Shown here piece after piece: positions 1 to 12,150 of a stretch of 64,000 nt of DNA. Source of the stretch: Eledone cirrhosa (lineage: Eukaryota); assembly GCA_964016885.1 (NCBI GenBank), contig OZ024741.1, positions 230,764,001 through 230,828,000 of the forward strand, given 5' to 3'. The first letter of the stretch is position 1. Each line of letters starts with the position of its first letter. The notes under the pieces were generated by a model. It was given only the letters and a program-made list of their open reading frames with translations, did not search any database and was not told where the DNA came from. Made by a program: the position numbers and the translations under genes.

Positions 1-240
1 CTCGGGAACGTAAACATTTTATGTGAGATGCTGTCTGAGGAGATCATGGCAGAGGATACGCGAAATGTCATGGCCAATGTGGTATTTTAAATATGTTTCA
101 CGACGTTGTCAATAAAGGAATGTAACATCTGAAACTACTTCGCATTTTCTTATTCTAAATATACTCCGTCATCACTACGTAGTAAAATCACGTTGACTGC
201 TTGAATTGAATTGCATCCATATTTACTGTGTTACCGTAAG

Positions 241-241
<1 letters not shown>

Positions 242-324
<83 letters not shown>

Positions 325-331
325 CACACAC

Positions 332-377
<46 letters not shown>
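242..377. repeat. (CA)n followed by (TA)n microsatellite
   Basis: Direct reading. It accounts for the spurious HT/CV/YI ORFs. Confidence 0.98.
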
Positions 378-379
<2 letters not shown>

Positions 380-527
380 TTTTATATTTAATTTTATTTC
401 ATTCCTTGTATTTTGATCATGCATTATTTTTATTTTTATTTTTAATTTCATTCGCACCGTTTCCTTTCGCTATATGTCTCTCCACCACTCCCCTACACAC
501 CCTTTGAACTCTGTTCCCACACACTTC

Positions 528-564
528 TCACCTGAGGAAGGGCTTATGCCCGAAACGTCGTTTC
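528..564 (+). ncRNA. Minimal hammerhead ribozyme-like motif (Penelope pLTR type)
   Basis: CTGAGGA-A-GGGC(TTAT)GCCC-GAAACGTC. AATAAA follows at about 598 and (TA)n at about 652. Stem I is only about 2 bp. Confidence 0.55.
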
Positions 565-651
565 TCACCACCACCCCACTCTCCAGAGCGTGAAATTAAT
601 AAACATTCGTTGTACTGCCTCTCTGTTTTGTTCCTGTTCAAATTTTTCCAT

Positions 652-683
<32 letters not shown>

Positions 684-759
684 GATGTGTGGTAAGTAAC
701 AAGGTGGACCATAACGCACCAAAGTACTCGATATTGGGTAGGGTAGTAGATTGGGTAAT

Positions 760-880
760 AGGAAAAGAATCGGGACCTCGACTGCTGAGCTCCGGCCGTT
801 TCAACAGCAAGGTCTGAAATCGTTCAGACTTTGCTGTCGAAACGACCGGAGCTCACCCGTCGGGGCCCGACTCTTTTCCT
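760..880. repeat. Imperfect 120-bp palindrome (MITE-like hairpin)
   Basis: AGGAAAAGAATCGGG...GGTCTGAA-ATCG-TTCAGACT...CCCGACTCTTTTCCT. A partial related copy is at about 30595-30643. Confidence 0.8.
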
Positions 881-881
881 G

Positions 882-915
<34 letters not shown>

Positions 916-1094
916 TTAGAGCAAACATCACGGGCGCTCTATCTCAAAATTATTTTTGAAAAGCATTAGAAATGCGCAACCGGTAAAACTTAAAACCAAA
1001 ACTGAATACTAACCAATACTATTACTAATGTTTACTTATTCCTAATTAAACTATTTTTCACTGGGAACTTTGTCAGCATTTTCTTTTCCTTTTA

Positions 1095-1098
<4 letters not shown>

Positions 1099-1173
<75 letters not shown>
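1099..1173. repeat. (TA)n microsatellite
   Basis: Direct reading. Confidence 0.98.
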
Positions 1174-1176
<3 letters not shown>

Positions 1177-1282
1177 GAAATGACAGGAGGCTGGATTTGT
1201 GTAAATCCTTGAAAGGTTTATTATTTAGTATAATAAACCTTTCAAGAATTTACACAAATCCAGCCTCCTGTCATTTTATTAT
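1172..1282. repeat. Fold-back inverted repeat, ~53-bp arms
   Basis: ATAATGAAATGACAGGAGGCTGGATTTGTGTAAAT...ATTTACACAAATCCAGCCTCCTGTCATTTTATTAT, with few mismatches. Confidence 0.9.
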
Positions 1283-1422
1283 AATATTTAACTCCGTAAT
1301 AGCACCACCAACTACAAAAACAAAGACGGTTGAACTGCCTTACGTTGAGTACTCTCTATATTATTGCATTACGATTGACCATACGGAATAGACCAGCTCT
1401 ATACAGTGGTGAACCTCAAACC

Positions 1423-1494
<72 letters not shown>

Positions 1495-2046
1495 TGTTCA
1501 TATATAATATATATTGCTGTAGTTCATACGAGGTATTGAGAGATAAGTCATAAAAGACTGTATAATTGATAAAATAAAATGAATGTATATAATGTTTTAC
1601 CCAATATATTTCAACATATTTCATGGCTAAACACACTATACAAATGTAGAGCTGGGCTAGTTAAATATAAATGGACTGTCGATGTGCTTTTCCTTAACTG
1701 GCCTACGTGTCAGTAATAGGCAATCGTGATGATGTCATAATAGTAAACGGTTGGCCTCAAGCATTTCCGATCTATTTTTCATCTGTGATTCTTTTTTTAC
1801 CGGTTGATAATAAAGGCTTCTTTGATTCATACATTATTGGTCTTTTCTTACGTATCTCACAATGATTTGTATTAACAACACAACTTTGTTCTCATCACGC
1901 CTGAGCTAGGCTGACTTTAGTATCATGTTGAAACTGTTCAAATTTTCAGAGCAATCTGCCAAAAACTGTTGCATGATCAACTTCCTTATTCAGTGTCGAA
2001 AACATCAGTTCTAACACCAGAAGGGACACACATCTAAATAAATGTA

Positions 2047-4220
2047 AATGAGTCTCGAACACTCGTTGCTTTTCTCAAGACTTTATTTCTGAAGCAATGA
2101 CAAAAGAAGTTCTCAGCGCGTCTGTGTCCATACTATTTGCAAAGTGACGAACGCGCTGTAGCGTCTAACAAACGGAGATAAGGGGCGAGCCTGTACGAGT
2201 CGTATTCCTCTAATCCCTTCCCAATTCTTTGGGGAAAAGTGACAAAGACTGAAAATACGTAGCATGGTCATGAGGAGTTTGAGTGATGATACATGCAGTA
2301 CTGTGAGCGAGTTACTCAAACAAAACACATGCGGGTTTGATGATGATACGAGTGTCAGTCATGGATTGAGTTTTGTCCCAGTTTTGGTTAGGCGAGTAGA
2401 GTGTCAGACGGAGTGAGAGTTGGGTGGTGGATCAGATGTCTGTAGACTTGGCTGCTCCTAGAGGTCAGCGGCGTTGTGTGGAAGTAAGTTTCGAAGAGCT
2501 CTTGGGGCACGGCAACTGATGAAATATCTTATGTTACTAGGGGTTACCGAGGTCATCAGTTTGGGGTTGATGGTTTGATTGGGGTGGACTTCGGGGAGGG
2601 TGGGGCGTGCATAATTTTGGGCTCGGCGTTGTCGGCTTCCGATGTTGGGCAAGGCGGTTTAACCTGGGTGGTAGGGGAGCTCAGCTTGAGGTGTCTGTGG
2701 TGTGGCTTCTTCATCATGCTGCTTGTTGGTACCGGAGTCGTAATTGCGCCGGGAATATTATTTCGGTGCATGGGCAATAACTAGGAGGTACTTTTGAAGG
2801 AACTTCCTGTTGTGCAGTGTGACTCGTCCTGAGCCGTCCACCTTCACCAGGTACTGATCGAACTGGCGCACTTCTACCACAATGCCGATTTTGTCCCACT
2901 TCCTAGGGTTAGCCCCAATTTAATTCTGGAAGCGGACGCAGTCTCCGACAGTCAGTTGCAGGGGTGGTCGAGTATGTTCTGATAGTGGTTCGGCGGTGCC
3001 CATGTGGTGGTTACGTAGAGCTGGTGTGGATGGTATTTACCAGGCGGAAGAGGGATGAAGTCTCGTATTAGGCCGCTAAATATACACATGGCCGGGGATA
3101 GGTGAGTGTCCCCGTCAGGGGTATTCCTATACTGTAGTATGGCACGCTAGAATCTGCCGGTGCCAATGGAGTCTTTGGCGTCAGTGTTGTTGGGGATGAG
3201 GCGCTTTACTGTTTTAACACCAACCTCAACCCTGCAGTTTCTTTGGGGTAAGGCAACTGAAGAAATCCTGTGGTACACTTCCCACCTACAAAGGAAGGTG
3301 GTTGTGTGCTTCGAGGTAAATTCTGGCCCACAGTCCGAAAACAGTTCGTCGCTGATGCCGTAGGTGACGTAGGGCGGTGATAAGTCCTGCTGAAACATTG
3401 GAAGCCTCCTCCATAATGGGCCAGTTACTGTATCTGTCCACAGACACAAGGTAGTTGCGGCCATGGTACTGGAAGTAGCAAGCTACGAGGCTCTGGAAAG
3501 GATAGGCTGGGATTATTGGAGGGATGGGGAGCACTTGCTTACGAAGATGCCGTCCTGTTGCATGGTGAAAAGTGTGCACGCATCTCTGTGATGGCTGGGG
3601 TCATGCTTGGCCAAAAGAAGATCTCCGCCATGGAGCACATTTGTGTGACGCGATGGTGAGCGCAGTGCAAGGCCTGCAGAACCTGTTTGTTCAGAGAAGG
3701 GGGGGGGGATCATGATCCGGTCGTGATAGAGTTTGACTCCGTCGAAGCTGGCGAGTCCGTTGCGGAATTGGTAGTATTGCTGCAGCTCTTAGGAGAGTTT
3801 GTTGTGGTCCTCTGGAAAGACCTCTTCAATCATTACCATGAGTTTTATCAGGCTGGGGTCGCTGGATGTGGTGACGCGGACCATGTCTCATGTGACGGAT
3901 TTTCCCAAACCACTGTTGGATTCGCAGGATTTGAGATAAACCCTGCTACTCTGCAGCCCTGAGCCCGCTATCTCGAAGCCATCCGAGAATTCATCGTGCC
4001 AAAGAACATTGCCGCCATCCGCAAAAGGTTCGGCCTGATCAACCAGGTCTCCTACACTTTCACATGCACCCAACGATTGCTGCCCTTCTGAGAACTTCTT
4101 TTGTCATAAATGAGACTCGAACAATCTTTGCTTTTCTCAAGAATTTATTTCTGAAACAATGACAAAAGAAGTTCTCACCACGTCTGTGCCATGAGTAAGC
4201 CATTTGTAAAATGACGAAGG
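2047..4220 (-). mobile_element. Decayed Ty3/Gypsy LTR retrotransposon remnant
   Basis: Integrase fragments lie between diverged ~110-bp direct repeats (about 2047-2150 and 4109-4220). Confidence 0.7.
2880..3720 (-). pseudogene. Gypsy-type DDE integrase, frameshifted
   Basis: ORF pieces YFQYHGRNYLVSVDRYSNWP and YGISDELFSDCGPEFTS...RISSVALPQRNCRVEVGVKTVKRLI match the rve integrase core. Confidence 0.85.
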
Positions 4221-4912
4221 TGCTTTGACACCTGATTTGGTCAAAATTGCTTCAATTCTTTGCCTAATTTCATAAAACTCTTCATTAAAAAATATCTACT
4301 TTGTCAACTACATAAAAACAAAATCAGTCAACATAAGCAGCTATTCATTCCAGCAGCTGAACTTACTAAGAATCTTAGAATGATCGACATGATTAACATA
4401 AGCTAGCACAAACAATTCGCAGTCGAACAAAAGCGCCTCATCAAAGTTTCCAATGGATTGCAGGGGTGGTGAAAACATTTCTGAATAGGTGGTGCAAATT
4501 TTGTCAATTTAGTAGTAGTGATTAGTTTAGCTGTTATTATCAAATATCAACCAACGGTATAAAAAAAAAAATATTCGATATGCGATAAACATAAAATGTA
4601 CATAAATTGTAGTGCATATACAAATTGATGTGTTTTGGTAGTTTCGGGAGAAAATATATAATTATTAAGAGTAGGAGCATGCTCCCCCACCTGCCCCCTT
4701 CCTCATTTCCACCGCACCTTACGGAGCGGGGAGAGCGGGGATCGCTGAAGGTGAGGTGTGTGTGTACGTGTGTGTGTATGCGTGGATGTAAGTGTGAGAG
4801 TTTGTGGGAGAGCGGGTCTGCATGCTTGGGTTTTGGAACACCATGGTATACGTTGGGGTGGAGTGAAAGTGTGTTTGTGAGTGTGCGTGTGGATGGAGAG
4901 GAGTCGGATGGT

Positions 4913-4958
<46 letters not shown>

Positions 4959-5220
4959 TTCGAGTATGTGTTGGTTAATTACCGGCAGTTGTGTCCCTTT
5001 GATTGGCTATATCGGTAAAAGGTTAACTTTGCCTTTAATTCTTACGGGCTCGATAAAATTATGCCCCAGTAATGCACTGAGGAAATTGCTGGCCTTGTGC
5101 ACAAAGTATAAATTAGTATATTTATAAACTAGAAGTGAATATCTACGGGTTAAGATCAATTAAATTCAATAAAAATTGCGAAAATATTTTTCAATACAAT
5201 GGGAAGAAACATAATAATAC

Positions 5221-5256
5221 CACTGATGATGTCCTAGATGTGTGACGAAACAACTT
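5221..5256 (+). ncRNA. Decayed hammerhead-like motif
   Basis: CTGATGA-T-GTC...GAC-GAAAC. Stem III and the cleavage triplet are not intact. Confidence 0.35.
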
Positions 5257-5527
5257 TAATAGACAATATATATATATTTATATCTGTATTTTTAACCGTT
5301 GGTCAATAAATGATAAACATTGATTGCCAAATAAATAAACTATGGAACTATAAAAGCTACAGAAGCGTAAACCAAACCAAGCCAAACCAAACAAAACAAA
5401 ACAGTGAGTGTGTTCTGTTAATATTTCTGGCAATATTATAACAGGTAAAACAATATTTGTTTCGACACACGATTTCATATCAAAACCTTGCAAAACAAAT
5501 ATATATATATATATATATATATACACA

Positions 5528-5569
5528 TGATGGCTGCCCCCTCGTTATCGAGTATGGTCATTGCACGAA
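5528..5569 (-). mobile_element. Isolated RTE-type 3' tail
   Basis: Reverse complement of 22089-22130, and similar to the tail at 23456-23490 (CTCG-ATAA-CGAG stem-loop). Confidence 0.55.
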
Positions 5570-5586
5570 AGAAAAAAAAACATAAT

Positions 5587-5779
5587 AACTGTTTCTACTT
5601 TTGGCACAAGGCCAGCAAATTACCCAGTGCATTACTGGTACTTTATTTTATCGACCCTGTAAGGATGAAAGGCAAAGTTAACCTCGGCGGGATTTGAACT
5701 CAGAATGGCAAGGGCCGTAACTCAATGCGTCAAAGCATGGTGTCCGCCCCTCTACCGATACTGCCAATCCACCGCCCAT
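5587..5779 (-). mobile_element. tRNA-derived SINE (octopus OK-like family)
   Basis: A-box-like TGGCAGTATCGG, B-box GAGTTCAAATCC and core GCCTTTCATCCTTAC..GGTCGATAAAATAAAGTACCAG. More than 10 copies or fragments occur in the window. Confidence 0.85.
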
Positions 5780-5810
5780 AATAACGACAATAATAATAAT
5801 AATGATAAAA

Positions 5811-5841
<31 letters not shown>

Positions 5842-5919
5842 CACACACACACATATATATATCTACGTACACACAGACACACACACACATACACACACAC
5901 ACGCACACACACAATAACA

Positions 5920-7928
5920 ATTAACGGTGTTGCGATCGAACGAGACTTTTTAGCCCAGCCAATGATCTAAAAAGTCTTGTACAGAATTGTCAACCAAAAC
6001 ATTCACTGGGAATAGTCGGCTGTGGTTGGATTTTATGTAATTTTGAATGGCATTTGAGCCCTCCTGCTGATTTACATTCTCTACCACATGCTTGGCAGGC
6101 ATGGTGAGTAGCATCTCTAACAGCAGCCTGGTAGTCAACCACTGGTCTCACTTTATGACTGCGAAGATGAATTTCGAGTCCAGCTTTGCTGAGGCAGAGT
6201 CTCGCACAGACGCTGCATGTCAGCGGCATAGGAGGACCATCGCTGTCTGGAAATGTAACGGCAATGCCCTTCCTCACATCCCTTTTTACTTTCTCGTATG
6301 CGATTCGAGATTCCTCAAAGGTAACTTTCCCCTCATATACAATCTTTCTCCATTTATTACGATCAGCAGCTACATTTTGCCATGTATTAGCAGAGACGTT
6401 AGCGTCTTTCAAAGAGGCTTTCAACGAATCCTTATACTCTTTTTTGGTTTATGTGGCGGTCATTTTCCTTTAACTAACTCCATAAAAGAGTTGTTTTGGT
6501 ATTCTAGAATCCTTCATCCTGGCAAGGTGACCACTCCAACGGAGTCGTTGCTTAAGCACAAGAGCTTTTATACTGTCACACAGAGAGATTTCCAAAATCT
6601 CGACACCACTGATGTGGTCCCTCCAGTGAACGCCATGGATCCGTCTGAGACACATCTGATGGAGAGGCTCCAATTGTTTAAGGTGGTGTCGATATGTGAC
6701 CCAGGTCTCGCAGGCATAAAGAAGAGAAGAGAGCACACATGCCTTGTACACCTTTACCTTTGTCTTCTTGCATATGTCTCGCCGAACCCTCAAAACGCCT
6801 TTCTAGCTTTCCGAAAGCATCACTTGCTTTCCTAATCCCGAGTGGAATTTGATTATCAAGGTTGCTGTATCGATTGAAAGTGCTTGCCACGTAGACAAAC
6901 TGATCTACCACTCCAAGTCGTTTACCATACACACAAATATTTGGCTCACCGTACTGCTTACCATGGGCAGGTTGGTACATGACGACGGTTTTCTTGAGAC
7001 TGACAGTCAATGCTAGGGCAGTGCAAACATCAGAAAATGCATTCAAAATGTGCAGCGTATCACCCTCTGTGTGCGCTACAAGATTGCAATCATCAGCATA
7101 AAAAAGGTATCTTATGATTGATGTAAATACTTTTGTTTTTGCAGCAAAGCGCCTGATGTTAAATATGCGGCCAGAGGTTCGATATTGGATGTAAACACCA
7201 TGCTCTCAATTCCTAAATGCAATATAGAAAACCATCGCAAAGTATAATATAAACAGGGTCGGTGCTGGAATATCCTCCTGTCTCACTCCATTTTTTTACT
7301 GAGATAGGCTCCGACATGTTACCACTAACATTAACCCAAGCTTTCATGTCGATATAGAAAGACCTGACTAAAGCAAGGACCTTTTCAGGGCAACCATGTT
7401 TCTAGAGAACCTTCCACAATGCATTTCTGTTAACAGTATCGAAAGCTTTTGTCAGATCGACAAAAACCTGATACAGATCCAAACACTGTTTCATGCATCT
7501 AACCTGGAGTTGTCTAGCTGAGAAGATTATATCAATAGTGCCGCGTCCAGCACGAACACCAGATTGACTTTCTGGAAGAACACAATCTGCAATGTGTCAG
7601 CAGACAGTCCAGAAGCACCCTACATAAAGAAATTTTCCTACGACAGAAAGCAATGATATACCTCTGTAGTTTCCACAATCATTCTTATTACCCTTTCCCT
7701 TGTACAAGACTAGCATTACTGCATCTCTCCAGTCCTCGGGTACGGATTCACTAATCCATATCCTGTCAAACAAAGAGGGAAGATGTTGCAGAAGTCTCTC
7801 ACCACCATATTGTAAGAGTTCTGCATGCATGCCATCCATACATGGAGGCCTTCCACTGTTCAGCTTCGAGATAGCTACTGCAACCTCCACAACCGTCGGA
7901 GGTTCTCCGAGAAATACTTTCACAGGTT
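5920..7928 (-). mobile_element. 5'-truncated RTE-clade LINE (RT plus C2H2 tail), pseudogenised
   Basis: Homologous to 19800-21803. Motifs NYRGISLLSVVGK, LLYACETW, RLRWSGHL and CSVC..H..H. Confidence 0.93.
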
Positions 7929-9080
7929 TACATAATACATACATACATCTACACACACACTCACACACACACACATCTATATATATATATGTTTACATAT
8001 TTATATATGTATACATACATGTAAGTATGTATACGTACATACATATTTGTATACAGACGTACAGTAGTATGTATATATATACATACATGCACACATATAT
8101 ATATGTACGTATGGGTTTACCGAACACTTATTATAATGTTCGGTTTGTTTGTAAATTACGTCGTACAGTGTTCGGCATCCATCGTCGCCTTTAGGTTCAA
8201 CACTGTGGGGTTGTGCCAAGCATATGATTAAAGAAGATACAGTAAAAATAACAGGCAATAAAATGAAGAAAATAAAATTAAAATAAAAAAATTAAGAGAA
8301 CAAAAATATGAAATGGAAAGGTAAAAGACTAAAACATAAGAATAGAATAAAGAAATAAAAAAGTAAAGTAGAGTAAAATAAAATAAAATAAGATAAAGTA
8401 AAATAATATAAGCAAATAAATACACAAACAAAAAAATGATTAAATGGTAGACGGAATAAGATGATAAAACATTAAAATAAGATAATCAAGTAAAATATGT
8501 GTGTGTTATAACCCATTTCAAAGTTAGAAAGATTTGGAAGATATTGACATAATTAGAAAGGCTGTGTCAGAATCACTCTTTAGACTATCATGGTGTGGTG
8601 CGTTTTAAGAGCAAATGAGGCATGGGTGGAGTGTACGACCCCATAACCCGAGTGTCAAAATCGGGAAATGCAGAGGACTACAGTTCCCATTTTAGCATGG
8701 AGCTCATATGCGTGTATGTCAACTCACATCGTTCCAAGCACACACGCACAGGCACAGGCCCAGGTGCATCCCCAAAGCTCACCACCTCACACACGCCACC
8801 CACACACCCACCCACCCACACACACACCCGTACACACCAACACACACTCCAAATCCACACACCCACACATACACAGACGCACACACACACACGCCCATGC
8901 CCATGCACACCCACCCGCCCCCACACACACATGTAAGTATCTGTGCATGTACAATCTTACATAACAGTATCTATGTATGTACATATGCATAGGTATGTGT
9001 TGTCACAGAGGTCGATCGAGGCAGCGGTATGGTGGGGCTGCTGTCTTTAAAGCTAGAGGGAAGTTCCGATCCCGATGTTT

Positions 9081-9335
9081 TGTTATTATCCATATAGCTT
9101 GAGGAAGGTCCCGGCCCTGAGGTGTCTGCACGTCCCGGATGGGTCCCTATAGCTTGAGGGGACTTCCCAACTAATGGTGTTGTTACTATCCATATAGCTT
9201 GAGGGAGGTCCGGCCCTGTGGTGTCTACATATTCTGGAGAAGCCCCTATAATTGGAGGGGAGTTCACATCTCAGTGTGTTGTCATTGTCCATATAGGTTG
9301 AGGAAGGTCCCGGTCCTGAGGTGTATACATGTCCC
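9081..9335. repeat. ~100-bp degenerate tandem repeat, ~2.5 copies
   Basis: CCATATAGCTTGAGGAAGGTCCCGGCCCTGAGGTGT recurs at about 9090, 9190 and 9289. Confidence 0.8.
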
Positions 9336-9535
9336 AAAGAAGTCGGTCCCGAAGTTTATCAGTCTGCTTCCACCTCTTAGTATCTCGAGGGTCTCGCTCA
9401 GACATAGTTTGCAGATGCCAGATCCCCCTTTATAAGGTGGTACTTTCCTGATTATGGACCAGACCAGAGAGTACGGGGTCCTGTCCAGCTTAAGCTTCCA
9501 GATCAGTTCGGAAAGAGCCGTACTTTTCCTTTTAC
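9282..9535 (-). pseudogene. Penelope-type GIY-YIG endonuclease C-terminal fragment
   Basis: STALSELIWKLK...YSLVWSIIRKVPPYKGGSGICKLCLSETLEIL...LINFGTDFFGTCIH matches the PLE endonuclease C-terminal pattern (WSI...PY...CxLC..E...LN...CxH). Confidence 0.8.
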
Positions 9536-10133
9536 CTATGCATATGTCCATACATAGATACTGTAAATTTAAGATTGTACAGGCACAGATACTTACATGT
9601 GTGTGTATGGGTGGGTGTGCGTGGGCATGTGGGTATGTGTGTGTGTGTGTGTATCTGTGTATGCGGGTGTGGGTGTGTGGATTTGGAGTGTGTGTGGGTG
9701 TGTGGGGGGGTGGGGTGGGGGGGGGGGGGTGGCGTGTGTGAGGTGGTGTGCTTTGGGGATGCACCTGGGCCTGTGCCTGTGCTTGTGCGTGTGTGCTTGG
9801 AACGATGTGAGTTGACATACACGCATATATGCTCTATGCCAACATGGGAACTGTAGTCCTCTGCATTTCCCGATTTTGACACTCGGGTTATGGGGTAGTA
9901 CACTCCACCCTTGCCTCATTTGCTCTTAAAACGCACCACACCAAGATAGTCTAAAGAGTGATTCTGACACAGCCTTTCTAATTATGTCAATATCTTCCAA
10001 ATCTTTCTAACTTTGAGATGGGTTATAACACACACATATTTTACTTGATTATCTTATTTTATTGTTTTATCATCTTATTCCTTCTACAATTTAATCATTT
10101 TTTTGTTTGTGTATTTATTTGCTTATATTATTT

Positions 10134-10471
10134 CCCACGTCGCTATCGGACGGCATGGACTTGCCTCTCCAGGTGCCGAGTTGCAAGCCCACCGACTTAT
10201 CCTGGTTTATCTTTGCTCCTGTCAGCGCTTCGTATTCCGTGAAAGCGGTGCCGTGCATCTGGACGTATTTGGTTCTCGACACCACCAAGGCGACGTCGTC
10301 GGCGTAAGCTGACACGGATCTAACGCATCCCAGTTCGCGTGGGATCCCTCTCATCGTCTCCAATTTGTGAAGTAACGGCTCAAGGGCCAATACGCCTAAG
10401 AGGGACGAGAGAAGGCAAACCTGGTGGACCGAGCCCATGATACTGAAAGGCTGCGACAGTTGTTGGACCAA
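10134..10471 (-). mobile_element. L1/Tx1-like LINE reverse transcriptase fragment
   Basis: SVHQVCLLSSLLGVLALEPLL...SAYADDV...GAKINQDKS. Confidence 0.8.
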
Positions 10472-11034
10472 GCTTTCAAACTGAGAATAACTCGATAGTT
10501 TGACGTGCCCCTTTGAACATCAACTTTTTCATAAGGCCACACTTGTTCAAGGCATGTTGAGATACAGTTTCTCCCTATGCAATAGTGTAACAAGATAGAG
10601 CAGATATATGAAATGTATGTGAGGTATTCAAAGGTTACTCTTCATGTTGGTGGATAATCTTCTATCATATTTTGTTTCAATGATTATAGGCTTTCGTGAG
10701 AACAACCATGTTCCTACAAATTTCCAGCTGGATTACCTACAGATGTCAAAGGAAGGGTTATTTGCAACCTTAATGTGCCGCATTTCTCTTTCAGTTTTTA
10801 TAACATCAATTAATATCAAGTACAATCGAAAATTCAATAAACAATACATTATTATGATAATACATAACTCGCCTTTTGTTATTTAAACTTTCGTTGAAAC
10901 CGCATATGGCACACTTTCTAGATTGATGTTCAGTATGTTGTTATTGTTGAACATCTGTAAAACTTTATATGTTTTAAATGTGTGCAGTTTCATATACTTA
11001 GATGACTGTTATTATGGACTGGAGAGGTGAATAA

Positions 11035-11212
11035 GCAGTATCGGTAGAGGGTCGGACGCCATGCTTTGACGGATAGAGTTAGGGCTCGCCGAGGATAGAG
11101 TTAGGGCCCGCCGAGGTTAACTTTGCCTTTCAACCTTACGGGGTCGATAAAATAAAGTACCAGTAATGTACTGGGTAATTGCTGGCCTTGTGCACATAGT
11201 AGAAACAATTAT
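11035..11212 (+). mobile_element. tRNA-derived SINE copy (OK-like)
   Basis: Same family as 5587-5779, with a small internal duplication. Confidence 0.8.
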
Positions 11213-11699
11213 GGAAAGGAGAGGTTATGGGAATGTTTTAAGACGTGATAATATTGACAAAATGAAATACGTGAATTCGTAAGGATACGACGAATATGCA
11301 CAATATGGAAAGGTTTTCAGATATTTAGAATATAAAAACAGACCGTTTTAGCAGCAGAAGAAAATAAGATAAACGGTTTGTATATGAATAGCCTTCTTTC
11401 TGATTTGATCATTAATATTTGTGTGTGTAGTAATAGCCGTATTTTGAATATGTGAACACTAGCCCTATATGGAAGTTATTTGTACTTTATAGAGTGTTAG
11501 AAATTAATCAAGTCTGAGGAATTTTCTGGCTTTATATTGGAAATGTAATCCGTATGAAACAATTTGCTCATTTTGTATCTCATATGATTTTAGATTTATC
11601 AATACATAATATTTGCATCAAATTTGAGGGTTTCGTGGGTAGGTTAATCATAATTTGAAAGCATGGGGTACACAGCGGTTTTTCTTATTTATTTCATGA

Positions 11700-12150
11700 T
11701 ATACTTGTTCCTGTTTGTGAAAATTATCCTGTGTACATTAAAGGAGAATCTCAAGATTTCTCATACAAAATTCACTGCATGTTTGGTGTGAAATGATAGG
11801 ATTGATTACAGATGACAACTGAGGCGATAAATCAATGAAGAGTAAATGAAAGCACAATTTGCCTAGCTGCGTGTGTCGTTTCCAATAAAAAAAGTCAATC
11901 ATTAACGAATGGATGAATTCGAAGACAGTATTCCAGCATGGAGAGAAATGGAATTGATAGAATGTGGACCAGGCAGAATTTCATCGACGCACATCAGTCC
12001 AAGAAATGATAGTTGGATTTAAACGTAACGTAGGTAATACGATTCCCAGTTTCGCATTTCAGGTCTATGGAACGTATTGTTGATGCCAAGGGCAAAGAAA
12101 TACTTTTTCACGAAGGCTTTCAAGAGAAAGGAACAATTAGCACATGGCTT
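11700..12150 (+). pseudogene. Possible highly decayed Tc1/mariner transposase fragment
   Basis: Scattered motifs in the expected order (VWC, PGRIS, DLN, LW) across broken frames. Confidence 0.3.

Larger units (their letters stand above)
8401..10133 (-). mobile_element. Penelope-like element remnant with inverted terminal arms
   Basis: Arms 8401-8995 and 9533-10133 are reverse complements. They enclose a GIY-YIG C-terminal fragment and ~100-bp tandem repeats. Confidence 0.8.

Noticed and set aside
30-75. CTGAGGA...GAAATGTC hammerhead-like string
   Set aside because: Stems II and III pair poorly, so it cannot be distinguished from chance.
6092-6835. 247-aa plus-strand ORF and other ORFs antisense to LINEs
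   Set aside because: Shadow frames opposite RT coding sequence, with no recognisable domain.
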